A stretch of 64,000 nt of DNA from Lama guanicoe (taxonomy: Eukaryota): positions 2,592,927 through 2,656,926 of the forward strand of contig MU053513.1 in assembly GCA_013239625.1 (NCBI GenBank). Direction: 5' to 3'. Position 1 is the first letter of the stretch; every line of letters starts with the position of its first letter. Shown piece by piece: positions 38,850 through 51,744 of the stretch. The position numbers and the translations under genes are program-made. A model generated the notes under the pieces. The model was given only the letters and a program-made list of their open reading frames with translations. It was not told the DNA's origin and ran no database searches.

Positions 38850-40659
38850 AAAATGGAATAAGGGTTGTAAAATACCGCATTTGAATGGTGTCTCTGTCAT
38901 ATAAAAGCACACAGTTCTATCAAAGAAATAGGATGGAAAGTAATTCTTTAATTAGTTTAGGTTATGGTTGTACGTGGTGGGTTGTGAAGAGGGTTAAGGG
39001 AGAAAGAAGATGAGAAGTGTTATTTGTAAAATTCTTAATTTAAGCAGAAAAAATGTTTCAGGCAAGGGACTTATTTCATAAGATTATCTTTTTTTTTTCT
39101 TAGCAGTTTAATAAATGTCATAAAATGTGGACTTGAAACTGGTGATTCAATAGCCACATTCAAGTAGACTTCTTTAGTAACTGAACTTGGGGGCTGGGTG
39201 AAAATTACATTCCCTTGGAACCAGATAGAAGTACCCCCATTAACCCCACAGCTTGTGGGCTATGCATTTCTAACCACGTCCCACATCAGTAGGTCACCTG
39301 GAAAATATACCGTCTTGGTTGGAGCCAGTTGCATAGTTTAAACAACAAATCTTGCAGCCCAGAGATCACCTGTGGGGCTGAAGGTCGGTGAATAGAACAC
39401 CAGTCTAGAGAACCTTACAAGCCTGGAGAAAATTACCTTCAGCGGCACAAAAAGCATGATGAATTTCAAGAAATATCATTCTTATTTTTAGAACTCTGTG
39501 GCTAACCCCCTACTTCACCTTGAGATGCAGATATTGCAGGAGCTACAGTGTGGTCCAGCATTGGCATAGATAATGATACAGCAGCTCTGTCAGAGACAGA
39601 TTTATGTGAGAGCTATTATGTCATTCTGGTATTAAGATGAAAACAGAAAAAAAAAATAGGCAGATAAGCAAATCAAGCTTTGTATTTTAATCTGAGAGAG
39701 ATTGAAAGACATTTTATAAGGCAGAGAAACTTTCTAAATTCCGTTTGTTTGAAGAAACTATCCTCCTCCTAAACTTTTGAAGGCAATTTTGGGTGCTGAT
39801 TATAAGTTTAGGAAAACTTTTTAGCCATGTGGTTTTTAACTGACGAGGTTGACTTCTGCAGTCATGTTTCTTCCCCTTTGGTTTCTGCTTCTGAGACACG
39901 TGTGTGGTCTTTCAGCTTAAGTTTTACAAACTTTTAAAATAAAGCCTTGTCTAGGATATACAAGAAGGCATGCCGCTTCCAGCTGGAAGTGAGTGGTTCC
40001 CTGGCCTCGCTCAGAATGGCTGAACCAGGTTAGAACTCACATTTGGAGTCAGTGTCGCAAGAGCTCTTGTGTCGTATGGAAACCATCAAGGGAGGTTTGT
40101 AGCTGAAAATTACTTATCTGAGGTGCAGTGACTCGGAGTTTTAGAATGTTAATATCTCTAGGTGCTTATTCCTCCTCTTCTCCCTCCCTTAAATGAGGAA
40201 CACAAACCCAGCAATATGTCTACCATCTACATGGAATTCCCTGGTAATTCCTCAGGTCCTTTGAGAAACCTCTTATCTTCCATTCTGTCTCCTTCTAGGT
40301 TCTCAGTATCAGGCCAAGGAAATCAGAAAGAAGATTGGAGGGGTCCAGGGTCATTTCTAAAGATAGAAATGTGAATATCCGACAAGATGAAGGAGCCCAA
40401 AAGAGAAAGAGCATACAGCCAGGGGGACAGTGACAAAGAACAAACTTAGATGGAGGCTGGATTGAGGCATGAGGAAGCAGAACATTCAGACAAGAAAATG
40501 GAAACCAATCTCTAACAGAGTTCTTACGTGAGAGATGGTCTGCAGATATACTGCCCCTGAGGCTGGTGAAAACTGTGTTACATCATCATTACTCCCAGAA
40601 CTGTTACCAGAAGCCTCTAGGGAATTAAACGTTATTTTTATTTAATTTCCATTTATTTA

Positions 40660-41150
40660 ATCTTTTGTTGTTTTGATGGTGGTAAAAATACATAATATAA
40701 AATTTGACATTTTATTCATTTGTAAGTTATAATTTAATTCAGTGGCGTTAATTACATTCACAATGTTGTATAATCATCACCACCATCTATTTCTAAAATG
40801 TTTCATCACCCTAAACAGAGTTTCTGTAACTATTACTCAATAATCCATAATCTTTCCTCCCTCCCACCCCAGTCTCTGGTAACTTCTACTTACTTTGTCT
40901 CTGAATTTGCCTATTTTAGATATTTAATATAAGTGAAATTATGCATCTGTCCTTTCATATCTGGCTAATTTCACTTACCATAATGTTTTCAAGGTTCATC
41001 CATATGGTAGCATGTACCAAAATGGCGTTCTTTTTCACAGCTAAATAATATTTCATCATACATATATACCACATGTTATTCATCTATTCATCTGTGATGA
41101 ACACCTGGGTTGTTTCTACCTCTTGGTTCTTGCGAATCATGCCACAATTA
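40660..41150 (-). mobile_element. L1MB-like 3' end
   Basis: 'aattcagtggcgttaattacattcacaatgttgtataatcatcaccaccatctatttc...aatgttttcaaggttcatccat'. Confidence 0.85.
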
Positions 41151-41538
41151 GCCTTTTAAAACTTATATAGCCATTTTCTAAAGAGTAGTTCTTCCTTGCA
41201 AGATTATTTCTTTAAGGGATAGTTTTAAAAAAGTCTTTGCTGAGGAAAAGAATTTCCAGATCTACCCTGACTGCTTACTATGGTGGGAACCACATTCTTT
41301 CTTTGTGTACTAAGTCAGCAGAATCACTTCTGACCTGGTCCTACTTCTGCCAAGATGAGCTAAGGGGTCTCACCCTACAAGGTTACTGTCCTAGGGCCCC
41401 GAGTGAAACTGGATGATAAACAGTGCTCGGCACTGAGTCCAAAAACAGAAGAGAAGTGAGATCCTAAGAGAAGACTGGATGGCTGAATTTTAGCTGAGAG
41501 AGTTAACTGGGTGAGATACGTGGTTTTAGAGCTAATCA

Positions 41539-42039
41539 TGAGTCAGTCAGAGATTCGCACAGGAGACAGGTCACCCTAAATGCTTAACGCAAGAAGGGAT
41601 TTAAGATGGAGAATGGCTTGCTTTCAAAATTGTCAGAAGGACTGATAGAATGGGTACTAGGAGGGTCCTAAAGGGCTCTCAGAACAATTCTTCACTGACC
41701 CCTGGTGCAGCTACCATCTGAAACCATCCCTGGAGGTAAGAATTCAAGAACGTGCTCTTGTACCTGTGAGCCGGCATCCTGGAACCTGGCGTCAGTGCAG
41801 CTAGTGCTGCTTCTGCCCTGGCCACCTCTGTGGCGCTTGCTTGTGACATCTAGAAAGTTGGAAAGTGGACCTTGGGTAATCCAATCTGCAGGAGTGTCTG
41901 GCACTCTACAGTTTTGCTTGCCAGCAGAAGCAGCAAGACAGACAGGAAAAGGGCGTCTGTCTTACCTTCACCTAAATTTCGTTTGCTCTGACCTTGGGAG
42001 CACTTGCTTTCCAACACAGGAGAACAAACTTGGATAACA
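41539..42039 (-). mobile_element. Ancient LTR (LTR78/LTR79-like)
   Basis: Opens 'tgagtcagtcagagattcgcacaggagacagg...gcaagaagggatttaa', the antisense terminus of old eutherian LTRs. No clear TSD. Confidence 0.45.
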
Positions 42040-42571
42040 TTGCATTTTTTTTTCTCCCCAAATTAGTCTCATGAGCACCAAAGTCAATTTAGGCTGAATC
42101 AAAGGTCATGCATCCCCTGATGTGATTTTCTTTCTTTCTCAGGTAGAATAAAAAAGAGTTAGATTGTCTAGGGCTATACACTGGAATTTGAAGTTTGTTA
42201 GGAAAGGAAATTAAAAAGCTATAAAGAGACCTCATCACTCTGTAAATAATTTTTTGAATTACAAACTTAGGGATGGTGATGAAAAGTAGCATTTCCATGC
42301 TAGTGGATTTAAAATAAAAGTCTGTGTCTGTGCAAAGCCGACAGAGAAGAACGCTGTGATTTTGGAGAGGAGTTTCTCCTGGGGAAAGGGGTAGATGTCC
42401 CACTATCGAAGACCTGGGCATTTTAATCAGATCCCAGCAAGCAACAGAATGACCCTCACAATTTCTGAAGAAGAGGTTCTAATTCGAGGGCTCTGAACAA
42501 AGTTCTGCCGCTTTCTAACAGGGTGAAATTAGTCTAATTTTCCTTGAGAGTCAAATGGGCTTGAAAGTATC

Positions 42572-42719
42572 CACAAAATGTTATGATAACTCACAGAGAA
42601 AAAAAGGGGACAATGAGTGTGTATATGTCCATGAATGACTGAAAAATTGTGCTGAACACTGGAATCTGACACAACATTGTGAAATGATTATAAATCAAAA
42701 AAAAATGTTAGAAAAAAGA
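42572..42719 (+). mobile_element. Young camelid-type L1 3' end
   Basis: Same 3'UTR type as 8728-8990 ('ctgaaaaattgtgct...gacacaacattgt...aaaaatgtta'). TSD aaagtatc at 42564-42571 and 42720-42727. Confidence 0.85.
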
Positions 42720-43748
42720 AAAGTATCGCTTCTATGTCACTTTTTCAAAGGATGTTGAGAAGACCACGTGAAGGAAGAGCTTCGATGACATTTTACAGAA
42801 AACTCAAGAGCTAACCATACAGGAGATATTGCTATTGTTTTATTATTGTTCTTCTGCTTTCAAGTGCCTTATACGCAGACTGCTTTTTATAGGCAGCTGT
42901 CCAAGGAACCGCATTCGAGTTAATTATCTCACCACAAATCCACTGTTCTTTGCGTCGAGGCATTATGTCAGGGCTGGGGAGACAGAAGTAGTTCTTGTGC
43001 TCAAAGAACTCAATCCACAAGATTCATAAGTATTTTGTCCGCTAGATAATTTCAATGCCAAGTGGAAAAAGCAGTAATTGAGGTTATGGGGACTGTGGCA
43101 GCACAGAACAGGCCCATAACGTGGCCTGGGGAGCTAAGAAAGATTTGCTGGAAGAGATGAGACAGAGAGAATGAGGGGCAGTGAAAAGCCTGAAGGTGGC
43201 TTTCAGCAGCGGTGACCAACACTTTTATTTTTTTCTTTCAGTAAGGAGATCTTTCAGAGAGAAATAAAAACGTTTCTAGGTCACGTTAAAAATGATTTAA
43301 AAATAGGAAATGTAGTGCTTTGTGCTAAAGCAGGTTTGGGTGTTTCCTCCATCACTGAAAAATTTTGGTTTTTGGAGAAAATTCTAGAAACTCTATTTAG
43401 CATACTCCACAGTATCTAGTTGTAACTAGCATCTCGGTAGGAATTTTATAGAATTTGAGATCTGGTAGTAGGGTAATGAGACTGAGAGATTCGAAGAGTG
43501 AGGAGTTGTCATCCAACTTTAGGCACAGAACAAGAATGGCACAGGCAGCACCAACAGGGGACTCCTAGGTACAAGGAAAGTGGGAGGAGGGGGGCTGACG
43601 TAAGGTAGGGGTGGGTCTAAGTGGGCTATAAAGTTTCTGAGTCAGCAAGACAGGAAAGGGGAATTGATGCAAAATTCCATGTGACTCATGCACTTGTCTT
43701 CTCTGTTGTCTGTGTATAAAGCAGCAGTGGGCAGCGCTTCTGGGAATG

Positions 43749-43750
<2 letters not shown>

Positions 43751-43796
<46 letters not shown>

Positions 43797-43852
43797 NNNN
43801 NNNNNNNNNNNNNNNNNNNNNNNNNNNNNNNNNNNNNNNNNNNNNNNNNNNN

Positions 43853-43892
<40 letters not shown>
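43751..43892. repeat. (GT)n microsatellite spanning an assembly gap (N 43797-43852)
   Basis: Seen directly. Confidence 0.97.
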
Positions 43893-43898
<6 letters not shown>

Positions 43899-45356
43899 AG
43901 GGGGTACTTCTCCTGCTTCCTTCCTTGGGGCATTCTGCTAGAGTTTCACTGCTTCGAGTTTGGGAGGAGCAGGCATGCGTGACTCAGCACTTCCTCTCTC
44001 TCTCTTTGGGAGCCGGCTGCCCTCAGGAAGTGCACTCTCTGCTCTGCTGCCCCGTGTTTGTAGTTTTGCGAGGGAGAGGTAAGAGCCTTCAGCGTGCAGG
44101 GCAGTCCACCATTCTTTGGGACTTTAATCTTTGAACTTGAATTTCTCCCTGGGAATTTCACACGGGAAGATGGCTCAAGTTCAGACATGTGGCATCTTTC
44201 TGTTACTGGAGAGTCTTTAGCGTGTTATGTGATCTCATCGCAGAACCACTAACGAGCTAAATCAGACATTGTGATGGACATGATTTCAGCTGGGGAACCT
44301 AATGGCAGAGCAAGTTTTCAGCCTTGACTATAGAATGACCTGGGACTATCCTGTCCTGTACTATCCCGACCGACTTCAGAGTCTTCTGGGGGCAAAATCT
44401 AAACTGCTCACTAGTGGTTGGTAAAGGGTTATTCAATGGAATAACCATAGCACTGACTGACCCTCAGTTTAGGGAATATCTGGGGAGAAAATCCTTTCTC
44501 CAGCTTCAGGCTTCTGTATGATAAAACCTCAATTAATTGATGCATCTGGGGGGCAGTGAGTCCACAGTATTACATTTCTTCCTCTCCCTGGGGTCCTGGG
44601 AGGCAGTAAGTTGACTGAAGGCGTATATCATACTCTGCTTTGTGCCTCCCTCCCAGGGGAAGCCTGTGGTTTTTCAGCACTTCCAACGATTGTGAACGGG
44701 TAAGTCTGTCTAAATCAAGGCAAAGTATGACCAGGCTCGCTTAGCCAATAGACCAGAATCCCAGTCTCCAATACGAGCTTTCATCAATAATCTGCCTATC
44801 TTTTGATTGAATCTTTTTATTGATTCTGAACCTGGGTGGGGAAGAGTGAGTCATGTCAAGGAGTAACCCTCTCTACATGAGGGTTGGGAGGTCTCTCCTC
44901 ACTGCTTTAGCTCACGCTAAAATCACATGGTGCACAGACAACGAGGGGCAAATGCCAGCGACGCGGCCCCCCGTGGGGGTCGTCTCCCCAACCCAGGCCC
45001 GTGGCGTCAGACTGAGGAAGGGCTTTCGCAGTGCGTTTGCTTTTCAAAAGACTTATTAATCAGGCATTTTTAAAGTGCTATCCAGATAAATTCCAAGGTT
45101 TCACAAAACTTAGTTTCACCATAGTGTCTCATGTAAAGAAACACAATCCAGCAATAAAAGCTGAAAAAGGTATTGCGGCTCCAATTTTTACTTGCACCTC
45201 CTGAAGGACAGTAAAAGGAATTCAATTCAAAACACAGAAGCACTTGTTCAAAAATCTTGTTTGTTCCTCTCCAATTTTTTTCACAATGCCAGTTGCTTCC
45301 CGGGTCTTGTGCTTAAAATTTTGCAAGAGTCTTCTCACCACTATTGTAATTGCTTT

Positions 45357-45683
45357 AAAAAGAATTTTTTTATTGACATGTCGTTGACGCACAATGTTAG
45401 TTTCAGGTGTACGGCAAAGTGATTCAGTTATACATATGCAAAAATATACATATTTTCTTTTCAGATTCTTTCCCATTGTATGTTATTATAAGAAATTGAA
45501 TAGAGTTCCCTGTGCTATGCAGTAGGTCCTTGTATCTATTTTATTTATAGTAATGTATGTCTGTTAATCCTCAGCCCCTGATTTATCCCTCCCTGTCCTT
45601 TCCCCTTTGGTAACCATAGTTTGTTTTCTATGTCCGTTAGTCTGGTTTTGGTTTGTAAATAGAATTTGTGTCATTTTTTTAGA
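45357..45683 (-). mobile_element. L1 3' end with perfect 12-bp TSD
   Basis: TSD tgtaattgcttt at 45345-45356 and 45684-45695; cetartiodactyl L1 3'UTR between them. Confidence 0.92.
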
Positions 45684-46049
45684 TGTAATTGCTTTCTGTT
45701 TTCTCTCCCTTGCCCCCACTCTTATTTCTGTATATAAAAATTGACTTAGTATTTTTTCTTTACCTACTTATAGGATTCTTCAGAATAAGTGAGATTTGAG
45801 TGTCAATATGAAATTTTTAATATCAAAGGTGACTTTTGAGCATAGAAAGAAATTACTTTTATTTTTAGTTACCTGAGTTTTAAACTAATATTAATTAGTT
45901 TATTAAAATCGGTCATAATGTTAAAGCCTGGTTTTCTTTCAGCCTTTAACTAGCAAATGTTTTTATTCTGTTTATTAGTTTAGTAATTTGGGCATAATAA
46001 AAAAAAAACAATTTATCAATGTCCATTAACGGACTAAATTCCCCGTGAC

Positions 46050-47630
46050 TGCTGTCAGTTGGACCTCTCCATCCTTCATTACTCGCTCTTCAAAATCAGT
46101 CCTATAGGAGCTCTGTTAATACTGTGCTTCGCCAGCGGGCCTGATGTTAAGATTTGCCAGTGGTGAGCGCTGGGGAGACACTGAAGCAGGAGGGGCTTTT
46201 CCCCTTGAAAGGCTCCAGCGGCGTGTGTCGCTTCTCTGAGTGCCCATCTGCTGTGCTGTGAGTGGCTTCACCAAAGTCTAGGGTTTTCAGGGAGGATGGT
46301 TTTTCCATCTCCAACCGCCTGCGGTGTACACCTGGCAGTCAGCAGCTTCCCCCAGGACCCCCTCTGAAGGCTTCCCAGCAGGATGCCTCTAGTGAGTCCC
46401 ATGAACAGCTTTCTCTGGTATCTTAGAAAGTGGATTTCTGAAAAGTTCCACAGGGGCAATTTCCAGAAAGTTCCATCAGCAGAGCACCACCGCGACTTCT
46501 CTGCCACCCAGAGAGCTTGTCCAGCAAGGTCTGGATCTCAGCCCCGGCTAGGCCTCTCCCTGGGTGCTCGGTCTCACCCTGAAGGTGAGATTGCTTCTCA
46601 CATCTCCTATTCCTGTGTTCTTCAGACTTCTCTTTACTTCTTACTAGATAACCCCTTATTACTCCAGTCTTCCACTGTAGATAATAACTTTTTTTTAAGA
46701 TTATATACTTTTTATTTTTGTTTATTTTTTTATTAGGAAGAAGGGATTCTCTCTGTTTTATTTCTGATCAGTACAGGCATACAAATTCATTTCTCTGTTC
46801 TTTCTGAACTTCTTCCTTCTGGTTTTTGTCTTCTTCCTGCTTTCTTTTTTTAATTGAAGTACAGTCAGTTACAATGTGTCAGCTTCTAGTGTACAGCATA
46901 ATGTCCAAGTTATGTGTGTGTATATATACATATATATACACACATATATATTCATTTTCATATTATTTTTCATTAAAGGTTATTACAAGATACTGAATAT
47001 AGTTCCCTGTGCTGTATAGGGAAATTTGTTTTTTTTAATCTATTTTTATATATAGTGGTTAACATTTGCAAATCTCAAACTCGCAAATTTATCCCTTCCC
47101 AACCTCTTTCCCCAGTAACCATAAGATTGTTTACCATGTTTGAGAGTTTGTTTCTCTTTTGTAGATGAGTTCATTAGTGTCCTCTTTTCTTCTTCTTCTT
47201 TTTTTTTTTTTAGATTACTCATATAAACGATCTCATATGGTATTTTTCTTTCTCTTTCTGGCTTACTTCACTTAGGATGATGATGGATCTCTAGGTGCAT
47301 CCATATTGCTGCAAGTGGCATTATTTTATTCTTTTTTGTGGCTCAGTAGTATTCCATTGTATAAATATACCACAACTTCTTTGTCCAGTCATCTGTTGAT
47401 GGACATTTAGGTTGCTTCCATGTCTTGGCTATTTATATAGTGCTGCTATGAAGATTGGGGTGCATGTATCTTTTCAAATTAAGGTACCCTCTGGATATAT
47501 GCCCAGGAGTGGGATTGCTGGATCAGAAAATAAGTCTATTTTTATTTTTTGATAATAGCTCTTTATATTAACCTTCCCTGCAACAATTGTTATATCACTT
47601 CTGTCTCTTGTTTGGACTCTGAATGGTACA
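46050..47630 (+). mobile_element. Ancient ERVL-type LTR (LTR33/41/50-like) split by an L1 insertion
   Basis: LTR-type 3' terminus 'tctgtctcttgtttggactctgaatggtaca' at 47600-47630. It joins 46050-46690 once the TSD-bounded insert is removed. Confidence 0.6.
46694..47550 (-). mobile_element. L1 3' end (46852-47550) with probable 3'-transduced unique segment (46735-46844)
   Basis: TSD gataata[a/g]ct[t/c]ttt at 46680-46693 and 47551-47564 encloses a T-rich tail, about 110 bp of non-L1 DNA, a second T-run and the L1. Confidence 0.75.
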
Positions 47631-49139
47631 TACCCTTTAAACAAGTAGTTCTATTCACAGACCTAATTAATTAAATATGCTTAGACTTTTGAACATCACA
47701 ACTGTACTTAATACAATTAATTTTCTCTTAAAACCTTTAAAATGTCTGAAAGAGAAAGTCTAAAATCCTAACAAGCAAAATCTTCTCAAATACTTAAGCA
47801 ATCCTTATAAATTAAATGAGTTAAACTTATATAGGAAATTTCAAGTTCACATAAGCATTCTAGTTCATTTACAGTCAAATTCTTGTAGCAACTTCAATTT
47901 AAATCATAAATCTACAATCAATTACTGATTTGATTTTGGCAATAGAAAGCTAATCATCCAGATCCAATATACCACATTATCTTAAATACTATAATCACTT
48001 CATGAGTTTTTCAAGTATACTCTTTTTTTAACCTTTTTTAATCACTGTGCAATTGACATATAACATTATATTAGTTCCAGGTGTACAATGTAATGATTCA
48101 CTATTTGTATATTTGATCATACATGAAGAATATGGATTAGCTTGAACTTGACACAATAGTATTTACACTATAGATTTCAATTGAATATTCATTCTGTGCT
48201 TATTTCCAAATCTTCCCAGGGTTAAAAAGATGTTTGCTCAGCAATGGGACAGTTTTACCTCTAGTTAGTGATTATTGGATCAGTGATTCATACTCACGTT
48301 ACATTCACCGTCTTAGACAGGCTAAGGAAATAGTCTTACTCACTGGTGAAGATTCTGAGACGGCAAGGGCGATATAGGGACTCAACTCACCCAAGTTATT
48401 CTTTCTGAAGCATATATGGATATGTTTAGTCTTTTTAAAAAACTATTTCCTTTGTCAGTAAGGGACCCAAAAGTCATACTCCTTCCAATTTTTTCACGTG
48501 ATTTGGGTAATAGGAATTCAGTATTTTCGCTCAGATTTCAGTTACTCAATTCCTGATTGAGTTCTGAACTTCTTTAGCAACGTCACAATTTTGCAGACAC
48601 TTTAATGCCATTTGGTTAGATTGTGAATTTCCATTCATAGCTTTTTTTTTTTTCCTGGTTCTTAGGGCCTCAGTTCCAAAGGGGTGTTAATGATACTTTG
48701 ATGCTGACACAGAAAGCTGGACTCCTTCTGTCTGGGAAACGGGCAGTGGAATTGTGAGGTGGTGGGGGGAGTGTGTAAATGTCTTCTTCTGTTTCCACTT
48801 CATCTGTATTTCTGAAATCAGGTTGTAGGACACAGTGAGCAGCTGAAAAGGCCACATAAAGACTAAGGGTTCAAATGTGGTCATTATTACCCTGTATACT
48901 ACCTACTCTGTTCACACTGTACCTTAAGCGTAAGACTGCTTCTTATGTCTGCTATTCCTATATTCTTTACAGTTCTCTTTACTTGGTTTCCTGGGTCACA
49001 TTAGTCTTACGGATAATTAAGAGCATCTGTATTTGACTTGGAGCCCCTCAGTTATGTTACCAGGACTCAAAAACTGGCCTCATCCTTTTCCCATGGGCTC
49101 AGAGTAGCTTACACATCTTTGCTTTTTTGAAATGTCATT

Positions 49140-49730
49140 ATTAAGCACTCTGTCTTCTAGGTGCTTCTGTGATAGTCACAGGACATAAATTATCTCATTT
49201 AATTCTCACCATGAGATAGGTGCTTTCCACTACATTGTTACAGAGGAAGAAACTGAGACACAAACACACACACACATGCCTACCTTGTGCCAGGTGCTCT
49301 GCTAGGTGCCAGGGACAGAGTGGTGAGCAGACAGCAGTCCCTGCCCTCTTGGAGGTTACAGTCAAGTATGTGGAGGGGGTGGTATACTTATCACATATCA
49401 AATATGTTACATATATATGGTAATCAGTATAGAACCTGACCAAGGCCTGGGGGGCCAGGAAGGCCTCCCTATTTTAACTTAACCTGACTATGTTTGATAA
49501 CAAAGTCCTTTAAAGCCCCAATTAGTTGAGAACTGCTGAAAGTATATGAATTTTAGGTTCCAACAGACTTGTATTCAAATCTTAGCTCTATTTTTTACTA
49601 TCTGTGTTAACCTACCTAACTTCAATTTCCACATTTGTAAAGTGGCAATGATGATGATGGTGACAGAGACCTCATTAGGTAAGGATTAAATGAGATACTA
49701 TACGAAGCAGCTAGCACAGTGTCTGGCGTC
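49140..49730. mobile_element. Cluster of MIR(-), L2(-) and MIR(+) fragments
   Basis: 'acagaggaagaaactgagaca' (MIR-), 'tgtgccaggtgctctgctaggtgcc...gtccctgccctcttggagg' (L2-), 'ggattaaatgagata...agcacagtgtctggc' (MIR+). Confidence 0.8.
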
Positions 49731-50219
49731 TAGATTTTCCTTCCCATTTCTCTTGCTATTGTCCAATTTTGTCCTTCATCTTTGTTGGGCAGCATTATTC
49801 TGATTTCCAAGAGCCTGGCTACTTGTCTTAACGTCCCCTTCCTGTTGGGAAGATGATGGTACCTTCATGCAATAAGATTCCTAGAGGCAAGTTCTCAAGC
49901 CCAGCCTCCCTAAAGTGGATTCGGGTGTGTAGACTGGGTGCCTATCTCAGAAACAAAAAATCCTTATGAGATAAAGCTCCTCACTATGAGCCAAAGGCTG
50001 ACAGACAAATAGGAAATCTCTCCCACTGCAGTCTCCCACTGCATCTCTGCCAGTTAGCTGTTTTTTCCCAGCCCTGAGTCCTTAGGGGAGTTAAGAGCCC
50101 TCTGCTCATCTCCGTTGGTTCTGCAGCTCTGCCTGCTTGTTGTGCAGGTTGGGGCAACGTCGCTGAGCCTGCCAGCCCAGGACGCAATTACTGCCAGTTG
50201 CACTGGGACATTTCATGTG

Positions 50220-50700
50220 AGAGAATGCCCTGTTACAGAACACACAGACAGAAGCAAAATGCTGATTATTTAATTTGCATTGTTTTTCCATGAATCTAAA
50301 GAAACTCCCTTCTGCAAGGAGCATGGAGACAGAATGATTAAGACAGAGCAGCCAGAATACAATAAAATAAACCTCGTTGCTTAGAAGAAAAGAGTGAGGG
50401 GAACTCATGGAAGCAGGAGCAATCATAAAAAACCATGTTATTTAAATAATACTATATATCTCCTGCCTTATCATTCTGATTACATTCAACTAATCTACAA
50501 AATTGAAAGGTAATGAGCAGTATTTCCTTAAAGCACATTAAATAATAGTGTCAGGATGCAAATTTATTCATTAAGTATAGATGAGCGTGTTAAATATTCA
50601 TGAATTGTTGCTCACAGTACATAATTAATCCCACGGTCTTTGTGTCCAAAGCATTGAGAAGATAAAGGGTTGCACCACTGCTGTTATAAAATGATATCAG
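50220..50700. promoter_or_regulatory. Candidate enhancer / conserved non-coding element (POU-homeodomain motif cluster)
   Basis: Repeat-free. ATTTGCAT at 50273-50280, ATGCAAAT at 50556-50563, TATTCAT twice, and CATAATTAATCC. Function is inferred only. Confidence 0.4.
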
Positions 50701-51607
50701 TCCCAAAAGTACCCCTCAGGGCAAAGGTCAGGCGCCAAGCAGATCACAATCTAGAACTTTATTTTATCAATACATTACATTGCATTTTTTTACACTGCGT
50801 TTTAATAGAAACACAGCTATCTGATGACACAAGATTTATTTTTTCAACTCCTGCTGTCCAACAGGAGTTGGAAAAAGGTAGGAAATAAATATTCCAGACT
50901 TGAAGAATCTCTTGCTTGGCCGGAATATACTATATCTGAGATTCTCTGTTTTTGACCTTGGGCAAACATTTTATAAAAGTCCTCTTCTCAAGCAGAAAAT
51001 GCCATGCTTCTACCTCCTTTGCTAATCCTTCCTTCAAAAAAGAAAAGATTAGTCCTTTCATTTGGGGTGGAGCACCTTGGCCTTAGAATCTCTTGAAAAT
51101 ACGGCTCATTTTCTCCACCTGATCCATCTCTTCTAGGGCCATATGGAGTTCAAAAGTCATTTCTTTCTCTACAGGGCTAATACATCCTCGTAGGTTCTGG
51201 AAAGTTAAAGCCACCTGTTCACGGTGTTCCTTATTTACTTTCTAGGTTACTTGTAGGACTGTTTATTTTGATACATGAGTATTGTTGTTGCTCTCTGGGG
51301 AAACCCACAGGTGCAAAGTAGCAAATGGGAAAAAAAATTCAGATTGTTACCAAAAGTCAAAGAAGCTGTAAGCATTCCTCCTCTTACATCTAAATTTATC
51401 GATGAACTTTGTGGTGTCTGGAAGTTTTAAAAGTAGGAACCAGGTTCTTCCAGTTCTGTGACTTACCAAGAATGAACTCGATATGCATGATGCTTTTTAT
51501 GTAAAACTATGTAAATACATCTTTATGTCTGGGCATAAGTTGGATGCTTGTCCTCAATTTTTTTTTATGTTAATAGCCTTTTCTTTTTTTAGAGGACATG
51601 TAGGTAA

Positions 51608-51730
51608 TTTTCTTTCTTTCTTTCTTCCTTCCTTCCTTCCTTCCTTTCTTTCTTTCTTCTCTTTCTCTCTTTCTTTCTTTCTTTTCTTTCTTTCTTTCTT
51701 CCTTTTCTTTCTTCCTTCCTTCCTTCCTTC
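51608..51730. repeat. (TTTC)n/(TTCC)n pure polypyrimidine tract, 123 nt
   Basis: Seen directly. Confidence 0.95.
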
Positions 51731-51744
51731 AATTTTTTACTTTC

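Noticed and set aside
40299..40527. Purine-rich exon-like segment after a good acceptor (ccttctag|)
   Set aside because: No frame is open through to the candidate donor, and there is no recognisable protein.
43565..44134. Long ORFs with (HT)n/(CV)n
   Set aside because: Translations of a (GT)n microsatellite across an N gap; the true repeat length is unknown.
44958..44983. Small GC hairpin (cggccccc-cgt-gggggtcg)
   Set aside because: Too short for a pre-miRNA or structured ncRNA call; expected by chance.
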